From positions 252,800 to 316,799 of the forward strand of contig JAZKFH010000015.1 in NCBI GenBank assembly GCA_040386535.1: a stretch of 64,000 nt of DNA. Direction: 5' to 3'. The notes beneath the pieces are model-generated. The model ran no database searches and was not told the origin of the DNA. It saw nothing but the letters and a program-made list of their open reading frames with translations. The DNA is from Myxococcota bacterium (lineage in GTDB: Bacteria > Myxococcota_A > UBA796 > SXON01). The stretch's first letter is position 1, and each line of letters starts with the position of its first letter. Positions 56,406-64,000 of this stretch are shown here, piece after piece. Made by a program: the position numbers and the translations under genes.

Positions 56406-58813
56406 GCGATGCTCCGCGCAAGGCGGAAACCGTGCCAGACCGAGCGCGCCTCCGCCGACTCCGGGCGGTGTGCCCCGAAGAGCCGGGACGCCGTCGGCAC
56501 CCACGTCCCGGCCCCGCCGCGCATCGCGTAGGCGGGCCCGTCCGGGCCCCGATCTTCGACGAAGTCGACCGTGCCGCCCGTGAGCCCCCGCACCCCGAAC
56601 GGCGACACGTCCGTCGCGAACGTGTCCACCGGCAGGTACCCCGGGGGGGCCGGGTAGCTGCCCTTCACGAACGCCCAGGCCGGATCCATGTGGTCGCCCA
56701 TGGGGAAGTGGCGCCCGTCCGCGCCCCGCGCGGCGTGGGTCCACTCCGCGTAGGTCGGGAGCCGCCACGGGAGCCCCGTGCGCGTCGCGAGCCACGCTCC
56801 GAGGTCCGTCCCGTCGCGTGGGCGAACGAGCATGACCCCGCTGTCGGGGTCCCAGACATCCCCTGCGGGGTCGGGGCAGAGCACGAACCGATCCCCGTCG
56901 AGCGCGTAGCCGACGACCGGGCCGCCGTTGACCCTGCACGGGACGTGCGCCAGGGCCTCCTCGCGCCGACCGGTGGCCCAGAGGTCGTTCACGAACGCGA
57001 GGTACTCGCGGTTCGTCACCGGAAAGCGCCGCATCACGAAGGCCTCTGTCCAGCCCCGCAGCGCGGGCCACGCCGCCGCGGCGTCCGGACGCCGCTCCAC
57101 GAACCACCCGGCCGGCACGTAGCAGTCGTCGGGGCCGAGCTCCCCGATCCGCGGCAGGCGCAGCGTCCGTGGGGCGGCCTCGCCGGGGGCGACCCGCGCC
57201 CAGCGCTCGCCGCGACGCAGGTGCACTGGGAGCCGCACGTCCGCGCATCCCGGCGCCCGCACGGTGAGCATCCAGCTCCCCATCGGCAGCGCCACGTCGC
57301 GGAGCGGCGTCGCCCCCAGCGTGCCCGCGGGCACCTCCACCAACCGGCGATGGCGCTCCTCGAACCGCGCGGCCCACACCTCCGCACCGGGCGGATCCGT
57401 CGTGAGCGTGAGCGTGCCGCCCCCGTCGAGCCCGGTCTCGAGGCGGGCCCGCGCGGGCCCGGTCGGCGCGAGGGCGGCCACCTGCTCGCGCAGCTCCTCC
57501 GCGATGGCCCCCGCCGCGTCGGTGTCGTAGTGGTCCTCGGCGGCGCGGAGCGCGACCAGGAGCCGGTCCGCGAGCGCCTCGCGTGCCTCCGGGAGGTCCG
57601 GCGCCTCGGCCAGCGCGCCGCGGAGCGCGCGCACCACCTCCTCTTCCAGCAGGGTCGCCCGCACGTCGACGTCCACCGCTTCGTTGTCGGCCTCCCAGTG
57701 GGCGGCGTTCACCTTGTCAGTCGCGCCGAGCGGATGGACGGCGTCGCGGGCCATCCAGGCGCGCCGTGCCTGGTCGGCCACCGCGCGAGCGGCCTCCGCG
57801 TCCGGCACCCGCTCGGCCGCCGCTGCGAGGGAAGCGCGGGCGTTGGCCACCCTCTGCGCGCCCGCCAGCCAGGCCTCGACGGCCTCCTCGAACCCGGCGG
57901 CCGTGGGCCGGTCATCCGGCTTCCGCGCCATCGCCCGCTCGCACAGCTCCACGAGCGCGTCGGGGACAGCCTCCCCGGCCACGTCCCGCACGGACGGCGG
58001 CGGCCCCGCGAGCACCTGGCGCGGATCACGCCCCCGGTACGGCGGGCGCCCGGCCAGCAGCGTGTAGAGCAGCGCGCCCAGGGCGTACACGTCGCTGTGG
58101 GGACCGACCGCCGCCGGGTCCCCGGCGGCCTGCTCCGGCGCCATGTACGCGGGCGTCCCGGTGATCGCGCCGAAGCGGGTGTGATCCTCCGGCGCGTGCT
58201 CGGCGGGCATCGCCGCGCTGTCCGTCCCCCCGTGGACCCCCACCGCGCCCGCCCGCGCGATCCCCCAGTCCACCACGCGCACCTCGCCCTCCTCGCCGAG
58301 CATCACGTTGCCCGGCTTCAGATCGCGGTGCAGGACACCCATCGTGTGCGCGTAGGCCACGCAGGCGCAGACACGTCCGAGCACCGTGATCCGCCCCGTC
58401 AACGAGGCGCTCCCTTCATTCAGCACCTCGCCGAGCGACCGGCCGCGCACCTCGTCCATCGTGAAGAAGGGCCGCCCGTCGGGCAGCTCGCCGAGGTCGT
58501 GTACCGGCACGATGCCCGGATGGCGCAACGCGGCCAGGAGGCGCGCCTCTCGGAGGAAACGCGCGCGCGTGGTCGGATCCGATGCCAGCCGCGTCGCGAG
58601 CACCTTCATCGCCACGCGTCGGTCGAGGAGCTGGTCCTGGACGCGGTGGACGACGGCCATTCCGCCGGTGCCCAGCACGCCGAGATCGAGGTAGCGGGGG
58701 GTGAGGACCGGGAGGTCGGTCCGGGAGCTACGGTCAGGCGCCGAGGTGTGCGGCGCGTCCGCGACGGTGGCGTCGAGGGGCCCGCGCGTCGAGGCGGCGG
58801 TTCTGTTTGGCAC
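56402..58813 (-). CDS. Ser/Thr kinase - PEGA-like - FGE-sulfatase-domain protein
   Basis: LGTGGMAVV, VAMK, HRDLKPGN, DWG, GTPAYMAPE; LTLTTDPPGA; VTNREY, WRLPT, SPFGV, GFRLA. Start (GTG 58813) is uncertain. Confidence 0.88.
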   Translation of the reverse strand: MPNRTAASTRGPLDATVADAPHTSAPDRSSRTDLPVLTPRYLDLGVLGTGGMAVVHRVQDQLLDRRVAMKVLATRLASDPTTRARFLREARLLAALRHPGIVPVHDLGELPDGRPFFTMDEVRGRSLGEVLNEGSASLTGRITVLGRVCACVAYAHTMGVLHRDLKPGNVMLGEEGEVRVVDWGIARAGAVGVHGGTDSAAMPAEHAPEDHTRFGAITGTPAYMAPEQAAGDPAAVGPHSDVYALGALLYTLLAGRPPYRGRDPRQVLAGPPPSVRDVAGEAVPDALVELCERAMARKPDDRPTAAGFEEAVEAWLAGAQRVANARASLAAAAERVPDAEAARAVADQARRAWMARDAVHPLGATDKVNAAHWEADNEAVDVDVRATLLEEEVVRALRGALAEAPDLPEAREALADRLLVALRAAEDHYDTDAAGAIAEELREQVAALAPTGPARARLETGLDGGGTLTLTTDPPGAEVWAARFEERHRRLVEVPAGTLGATPLRDVALPMGSWMLTVRAPGCADVRLPVHLRRGERWARVAPGEAAPRTLRLPRIGELGPDDCYVPAGWFVERRPDAAAAWPALRGWTEAFVMRRFPVTNREYLAFVNDLWATGRREEALAHVPCRVNGGPVVGYALDGDRFVLCPDPAGDVWDPDSGVMLVRPRDGTDLGAWLATRTGLPWRLPTYAEWTHAARGADGRHFPMGDHMDPAWAFVKGSYPAPPGYLPVDTFATDVSPFGVRGLTGGTVDFVEDRGPDGPAYAMRGGAGTWVPTASRLFGAHRPESAEARSVWHGFRLARSIA

Positions 58814-58898
58814 GCAGGGGCCTCGGGAGTCTGGCCACGGCGGCCGGGCGCGAGAGCATGCTCCGCGCGGGGGCAAAGGTAAAGGCGGGGAAGTCTCC

Positions 58899-58956
58899 GG
58901 GGCGCGGGCGGTGCCGCCCTCCGCTCGGGGAGGGCGGCGCCGTGGCACCGCGCCCC
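58899..58956. repeat. Two-stem inverted repeat in a divergent intergenic region
   Basis: GGGGCGCGG/CCGCGCCCC enclosing GCCGCCCTCC-(GCTCGG)-GGAGGGCGGC. Confidence 0.6.
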
Positions 58957-59044
58957 ACGTTGGTCGCCCGGACGGCCCGCCCCGCGTCGGTCGCCCGACC
59001 GCCCCCCGTCGCCCCTCCACGCCCGATCGGGTACGCTCGCCGCC

Positions 59045-60523
59045 ATGAAACAGCTCCGCGTCATCGTCGTGTTCGTGGTCCTCGCGAACATCGCGCTCGT
59101 GGCCTTCCTGCTTCTCCGCTCGCCCACCGGCGGCGAGGCGACCGGCCCCCGCTCCATTCGCGACGCGGTCAAGCCGCTGGTCTCCGACGCCGCGATGGAC
59201 GACAGCGCCTACGATCTGAAGGGCCGCGCGGGCGAGCTGAACGTCATCTTCATCAGCATGGACGCGTTGCGGTACGACCGCACCGGCTTCGGCGGCAATC
59301 CCGACGGGCTCACACCCAACCTCGACCAGTTCGCCGAGGAGGCGGTCGTCTTCTCCAACGCCACGAGCGTGGCCCCGTGGACCCTGCCGTCGCACATGTC
59401 CATCTGGACCGGGCGGTGGCCCTCGGTGCACGGCGTCACCAACAAGCTCAAGATGCTCTCGGCCGACCAGATGGTGCCGACCTCGCTCTCGCCCGGCATC
59501 GAGACCTTCCCCGACCACCTCATCCGCAACAAGTTCACCGCGGCGGGGTTCACCGGCGGGGCCGGCGTGCAGGCCAGCTACGGGTTCGGCCGCGACTTCA
59601 CCACCTACGTCGATGACAAGCCGTTCGCCGGGTACGAATACAGCGTCCCGCCGGCCCTCGATTGGCTCTCGAAGAACCTCGACAAGCAGTTCTTCCTGTT
59701 CCTCCACGGCTACGACTCGCACGGCCAGCACCCGCTGCTCGGCATCTCCCCGCGCGACGCGGTGCCCGACTACAAGGGCACGATGGACGGGTCGATCGAG
59801 GAGCAGGGCAAGCTCCGCGAGCAGGGCCTCGCCACGATCCAGGAGCCCGGCCAGACGCCCGATCTCTCCTCGGCGGTCAGCAAGGAGGACGTCGCCTTCC
59901 TCACCAAGGTGTACGACAAGAAGGTCAAGATGGCGGACGAGCGGCTCGGGTCGTTCCTCGCCCAGCTGCGCGTGATGGGGCTGCTCGACAAGTCGATCAT
60001 CGTCATCTTCGCCGACCACGGCGACGAGTTCCTCGAGCACGGCTACCTCGACCACGGCGCCACCCTCTGCGAGCACCAGCTCCACGTGCCCGTGCTGATG
60101 CGGTTCCCCGGCTACGCCCGCCGCAACGACGTGTCCGCGCCGGTCCGCACCATCGACCTGTTCCCCACCGTGTTCGACGCCCTCGGCATCCCCGGGCCCG
60201 CCGGCGTGGACGGCCGGTCCATCCTCCCGATCCTGCGCGGCAAGCCCGACGACCGCGCCATCTTCGCCGAGACCGACTACCGCCTCTTCGTCCACCAACG
60301 CATGAAGCGGATGGGGGACAAGAAGCTCGTCCTCGATCTGGAAGACGGCGGCAAGCAGCTCTTCGACGTGTCCGCCGATCCCGACGAGCAGAGCGACATC
60401 AGCTCGTCCAGCGCCCGGGAAACCTACGAGATGGAGCAGGCGCTCCGCACGTGGATGGACGCGACGCGGACCAACCCGCAGGACTACCTCGGGGTGCGGC
60501 AGAAGCCGATCGAGATCTTCTGA
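59045..60523 (+). CDS. Sulfatase-like hydrolase (alkaline phosphatase superfamily), N-terminally anchored
   Basis: NVIFISMDALRYD, WTLPSHMSIWTG, FADHGDEF.EHG, HVPVLM, IDLFPT. Confidence 0.88.
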   Translation: MKQLRVIVVFVVLANIALVAFLLLRSPTGGEATGPRSIRDAVKPLVSDAAMDDSAYDLKGRAGELNVIFISMDALRYDRTGFGGNPDGLTPNLDQFAEEAVVFSNATSVAPWTLPSHMSIWTGRWPSVHGVTNKLKMLSADQMVPTSLSPGIETFPDHLIRNKFTAAGFTGGAGVQASYGFGRDFTTYVDDKPFAGYEYSVPPALDWLSKNLDKQFFLFLHGYDSHGQHPLLGISPRDAVPDYKGTMDGSIEEQGKLREQGLATIQEPGQTPDLSSAVSKEDVAFLTKVYDKKVKMADERLGSFLAQLRVMGLLDKSIIVIFADHGDEFLEHGYLDHGATLCEHQLHVPVLMRFPGYARRNDVSAPVRTIDLFPTVFDALGIPGPAGVDGRSILPILRGKPDDRAIFAETDYRLFVHQRMKRMGDKKLVLDLEDGGKQLFDVSADPDEQSDISSSSARETYEMEQALRTWMDATRTNPQDYLGVRQKPIEIF

Positions 60524-60556
60524 GCGTAGGGTAGAGCTTCGATCACCGGAGCCCCG

Positions 60557-60772
60557 ATGCCCTTCCGCCTCCTCGCCCTCCTCCCGCTCCTCCTCCTCGC
60601 GGCCTGCCCCGAGGCCCCCGAGGGGGACCCCGCGTTCTGCACGGACCTGATGGAGACCTCGTCCGGATGCATGGACGAGGGCAACCTCGCCGAGTGCGAG
60701 GACGCCAACGAGGAGTGCCCGGGGGAGGTGCTCGTCCTGGAGAGCTGTCCGCTCCAGTTCGCCTGTTCGTGA
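60557..60772 (+). CDS. Small Cys-rich lipoprotein
   Basis: GGAG RBS; lipobox LAAC plus six further Cys in 71 aa. Confidence 0.7.
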   Translation: MPFRLLALLPLLLLAACPEAPEGDPAFCTDLMETSSGCMDEGNLAECEDANEECPGEVLVLESCPLQFACS

Positions 60773-60794
60773 CCCTCACCAAGTCCACCAACTG

Positions 60795-60824
60795 TTGACG
60801 CCCCGCGCGGTTCTCCGGTAGTGT
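60795..60824 (+). promoter_or_regulatory. Sigma70-like promoter upstream of the radical SAM gene
   Basis: TTGACG-N18-TAGTGT. Confidence 0.5.
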
Positions 60825-60866
60825 GGCCGCGTTGCATCGTCCCCGCGGTGCGTCCGGAGCCCTTCG

Positions 60867-62483
60867 ATGGCGTACACCCCCTCGCTCGACCCCGCGCTCT
60901 ACACCACCGCGGGCGGCTCCGTCGACCAGAAGTACATGGACCAGATGGCGGGCCAGGATCGCACGCCCGTCGCGACAGATACGCGCTTGCCGCGGGTCAC
61001 GTTGGTGGTCGGGCCCTCCCCGTTCTCCATGCCGCGCGGCTGGGAGTTCTTCCTCACCTCGCCCTACGAGGGCGTGTCCTACATCGCGACCGTGCTGCAC
61101 AACGCCGGGTACCCCGTCCGCATCGTCGACGTGCGGTACGACCTCGATCCGCTTCGCTCCGCCTACGAGCAGGTGATCGACGGGACCGACGTGCTGGGCC
61201 TCGCCACCTACGAGGACTGCTACCCCTTCCTCGAGTCCCTCATCGCAAAGGTAAAGGAAGATCGCCCGAAGATGCCCGTCATCCTCGGCGGCTCCCTCGT
61301 CACGTCCGTGCCGCACGTGTTCATGCGCGAGACCAAGGCCGACGTGGCCGTCATCTCCGAGGGGGAGATCACCATCCTCGAGGTGATGGAGGCCTTCACC
61401 GCCGGTGCCTGGGCGCTGCGCCTGCCGGACATCAAGGGCATCTGGTACCGCGATCAGCTCGGCCAGGTGCACAAGAACCTGCCCCGCGGGCAGATGGCGA
61501 ACCTCAACTCGCTCCCCAAGATGCGGCTCGACCTCTGGCCGCAGTCCAAGTCCCCGATGGGGCTCCAGCCGCAGATCATCGCGAGCTACTCGCGCGGCTG
61601 CAAGATGGACTGCTCGTTCTGCTACCGCACGACCCCGCAAGAGCGCGTGAAGTCGCCCGAGAAGCTCAACGAGGAGCTGGCCTTCTACAAGAAGACCTAC
61701 AACACCGACTTCATCTTCTTCGTAGACCTGACGTTCACGGCCCACAAGAAGCAGACCCTCGAGTATTGCGAGGTCATCGGCCAGCACGACATCGGCTGGA
61801 CCTGCCTGACCCGCAACGCCGACGTGGATCCCGAGCGGCTCACCGCGATGAAGAAGTCCGGCTGTGACATCGCGCTCTACGGCGTCGAGACGCTCACGCC
61901 CGACGCGCTCAAGGAGGCCCGCAAGGGCTCCACCGAGAACATCGTCATCCGCGCGATGAAGCAGAGCTGGGACGCCGGCGTGCGCTACGGCGGCCTCACC
62001 ATCGTCGGCCTGCCCGGCGAGACCGAGGAGAGCCTCGACCACATGTGCAAGTGGGCTGAGGAGCACCGCCACATCACCCGCGTGAAGTACCTCTCCGCCA
62101 TGCCCGGCACGACCGTGTACCAGCAGGGCCTGCAGGACGGGCACATCAAGTCGGAGACCGAGCACCTCAACTGGCTCGCGGTCGAGCAGGCGTTGGAGCG
62201 GGACGAGTTCCTCAACTACAACAACCTGCCCGACTCCGTGATGCGCCAGGCCTACAAGCGCATCTACGACAGCTACCAGCCCGGCCCGGTCATGGGGTTC
62301 AAGCACTACCCCGAGCACTTCGCCTACTTCGACCCCGACGCCACCCGCGACTGGCGCGCGGCCTACAGCTCCGCGGGCGCGCACCTCGTGCCCGGCACCG
62401 AGCAGTTCCAGGGTTTGCACCCGGCGAGCGAGGGCATCACGCTCACGAACGTCCGCGCGTCCGAGCACCTCGCGCAGGTGTGA
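60867..62483 (+). CDS. Cobalamin-binding radical SAM protein
   Basis: VSYIATVL..PVILGG..ISEGE B12-type domain; SRGCKMDCSFC; YGVET; IVGLPGET. Confidence 0.92.
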   Translation: MAYTPSLDPALYTTAGGSVDQKYMDQMAGQDRTPVATDTRLPRVTLVVGPSPFSMPRGWEFFLTSPYEGVSYIATVLHNAGYPVRIVDVRYDLDPLRSAYEQVIDGTDVLGLATYEDCYPFLESLIAKVKEDRPKMPVILGGSLVTSVPHVFMRETKADVAVISEGEITILEVMEAFTAGAWALRLPDIKGIWYRDQLGQVHKNLPRGQMANLNSLPKMRLDLWPQSKSPMGLQPQIIASYSRGCKMDCSFCYRTTPQERVKSPEKLNEELAFYKKTYNTDFIFFVDLTFTAHKKQTLEYCEVIGQHDIGWTCLTRNADVDPERLTAMKKSGCDIALYGVETLTPDALKEARKGSTENIVIRAMKQSWDAGVRYGGLTIVGLPGETEESLDHMCKWAEEHRHITRVKYLSAMPGTTVYQQGLQDGHIKSETEHLNWLAVEQALERDEFLNYNNLPDSVMRQAYKRIYDSYQPGPVMGFKHYPEHFAYFDPDATRDWRAAYSSAGAHLVPGTEQFQGLHPASEGITLTNVRASEHLAQV

Positions 62484-62713
62484 TGCGTCGGTGAGCGGTG
62501 GGGAGTGAGCGGGGCGCCCCGCCACGCGCGGACGCGTGGCGTCGGTCGTCCTTCGGGGTCGCGCTCACGCGCTCCGTTCGCGTCGCCCCGTCCGGGGCGG
62601 GCGGAACCGCCGGCGCGGCGCCGGCGCCCTTCGGATGACCTGGCGCGGCCGGTTCGTCGTGCACGGTCGCGCACGGGCCGCCAGCGGGGTACCGTTCCGC
62701 CCCCGAGGAACCG

Positions 62714-63016
62714 ATGGAAGAACAGACCCCGCCTCCGAACCCCCTGGCCATCGCCTCCGTCATCCTCGGCGCCCTCTCGTGCCTGACGGCGTGTTTCTGT
62801 TGCTACGGCTTCCCGTTCAACCTGATCGGGCTCGTGCTGGGAGTCGTCGCCCTCACCCAGGTCAACGCGGATCCCACGCAGGGCGGCAAGAAGCTCGCCC
62901 AGATCGGGATCGGCCTGAGCGTGTTCAGCGTCGTGATGGTCATCGGCATGGTCGTGCTGAGCATGTTCCTGGGCGTCGGGTTCGGCCTGATGGGCGCGGT
63001 GCTCGACAACATGTAG
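62714..63016 (+). CDS. Small DUF4190-like membrane protein
   Basis: N.LAIAS.ILG..CFCC..G.VAL..GKKLA.IG; GAGG RBS. Confidence 0.75.
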   Translation: MEEQTPPPNPLAIASVILGALSCLTACFCCYGFPFNLIGLVLGVVALTQVNADPTQGGKKLAQIGIGLSVFSVVMVIGMVVLSMFLGVGFGLMGAVLDNM

Positions 63017-63075
63017 GGAGCGGGGCGGGGGACGTCGCGTACGCCGATCCCCGTTCTGGCGTATCCTCGGCCGCG

Positions 63076-63948
63076 ATGCCCGATCCCGTCCGCTCCGCCC
63101 CCGCCCATCCGCTCGCGCTCGCCGCCGCCGCGCTCATCCTGCTGAACGACTTCGGCCTCCGGGGGCACGCGCCCGGGTGGCTCACGGGCAAGTTGTCCGA
63201 CGTCGGGTGGCTCGTGGTGGCGCCGGTCCTGATCGCGGCGCTCCTCGCGCGCATCGTTGGCCCGCGGCGCGCGAAGGCTGCCGCCATCGGCCTCGCCGGT
63301 GGCTTCTACATCGTGTTGCAGGTCTGGGCGCCGCTGGGCGCGTGGTTCCGGCCCGATCACGTGGCGGACCTCGAGGATCTGCTCGTGTTGCCCGCGCTCC
63401 TCGGTGCCCTGTACACGTGGCGTCCGGACGCGCGCCGCGCGTCGCCGCGCTGGGCCTCGCGGCTCGCGGTGCCCGGGCTCGCGGCCGTGCTCCTCGCCGA
63501 CGACACCCACCTGGGCAACGCCGGCTCGGCCCCCTGCCGGGAGGACATGGAGTGGGATGCCGCCGAGCCTCTCCGCTTCCGATCGAACCCGGCGCGCGAA
63601 GCCCCGGTCGACACGGACGGCTTCGCGCGCGGCGTGCACCTCCGGGATGAGAGCGGTGCCGAGGTGCCGTTCGTGCTCGCCGCCTCCGGATCCACCGCGC
63701 TCCTCTGCGCACGCGACGGCCTGCGCGGCGACACCGACTACACCTGGCAGATCGGGCCCTGGACGGAGGAGCAGAGCAACGAGCGCCGGTTCCAGGACGG
63801 AGGGCTCCCGACCGTGCTCTTCCACACCCTCCCCGGCGACGGCCCGCCCGTCGCCGACGCGGCCGCTTGCGCCGCCCTCCAGACCGACTTCAGGGACGCC
63901 TACGAGGTGTGCAACGACCGGGACACCGGCGCCCGGAGCGGCTCGTGA
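63076..63948 (+). CDS. Hypothetical membrane protein with soluble C-terminal domain
   Basis: LLNDF.L...PGWLTGKLSD N-terminal motif, several TMs, ADLEDL. Confidence 0.7.
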   Translation: MPDPVRSAPAHPLALAAAALILLNDFGLRGHAPGWLTGKLSDVGWLVVAPVLIAALLARIVGPRRAKAAAIGLAGGFYIVLQVWAPLGAWFRPDHVADLEDLLVLPALLGALYTWRPDARRASPRWASRLAVPGLAAVLLADDTHLGNAGSAPCREDMEWDAAEPLRFRSNPAREAPVDTDGFARGVHLRDESGAEVPFVLAASGSTALLCARDGLRGDTDYTWQIGPWTEEQSNERRFQDGGLPTVLFHTLPGDGPPVADAAACAALQTDFRDAYEVCNDRDTGARSGS

Positions 63949-64000
63949 TCCTCCTGTGTGCCGCCCTGTTCTCCTCCGTCCTGCCTGCGCAGGAGCTCGT
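63945..64000 (+). CDS. Probable start of an exported protein, cut by the window edge
   Basis: GTGA overlap, GGAG upstream, hydrophobic MILLCAALFSSV. Confidence 0.35.
   Translation, partial: MILLCAALFSSVLPAQEL

Noticed and set aside
54294..58813. Diversity-generating retroelement targeting the FGE/C-type-lectin domains
   Set aside because: No reverse transcriptase gene and no near-identical template/variable repeat pair seen in the window.
54294..60523. FGE domains acting as maturase for the neighbouring sulfatase
   Set aside because: The FGE-like domains lack the catalytic Cys pair, and the sulfatase has Thr, which is not a formylglycine precursor.
60557..62483. Six-Cys peptide as RiPP substrate of the radical SAM enzyme
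   Set aside because: The peptide has a lipoprotein signal, the enzyme has no SPASM Cys motif or evident RRE, and a separate promoter-like sequence lies between them.

Overview
Very GC-rich bacterial DNA. Gene content (many Ser/Thr kinases, FHA proteins, PEGA and Asp/Cys-rich repeat lipoproteins) suggests a Myxococcota-like organism; that is an inference. About 45 densely packed CDSs; I saw no rRNA, tRNA, CRISPR array or transposase. The left half carries a class A-like PBP, ispA-tlyA, an S41 protease, larB-larC, an SPFH-GYF protein, a 35-repeat Asp/Cys lipoprotein, a Tat-exported PaoABC-like molybdoenzyme with a 2Fe-2S/Moco fusion, a histidine kinase, a Cache-domain Ser/Thr kinase and selB. 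The middle carries a P460-like cytochrome, a GT-C/SGNH envelope cluster and an operon of EamA-HflK fusion, hflC and hflK. The best candidate for an undescribed system is a 12.5 kb block (46345-58813). There a complete lipoxygenase with Gly at the Coffa-Brash site (predicting R-specificity) sits between two paralogous FHA regulators, a kinase-STAND ATPase and a coupled kinase/pseudokinase pair with FGE-sulfatase-like domains. The window ends with a sulfatase-like enzyme, a B12 radical SAM enzyme and membrane proteins. All calls come from reading motifs by eye; no searches were run, and many start codons were re-chosen from the ORF track.
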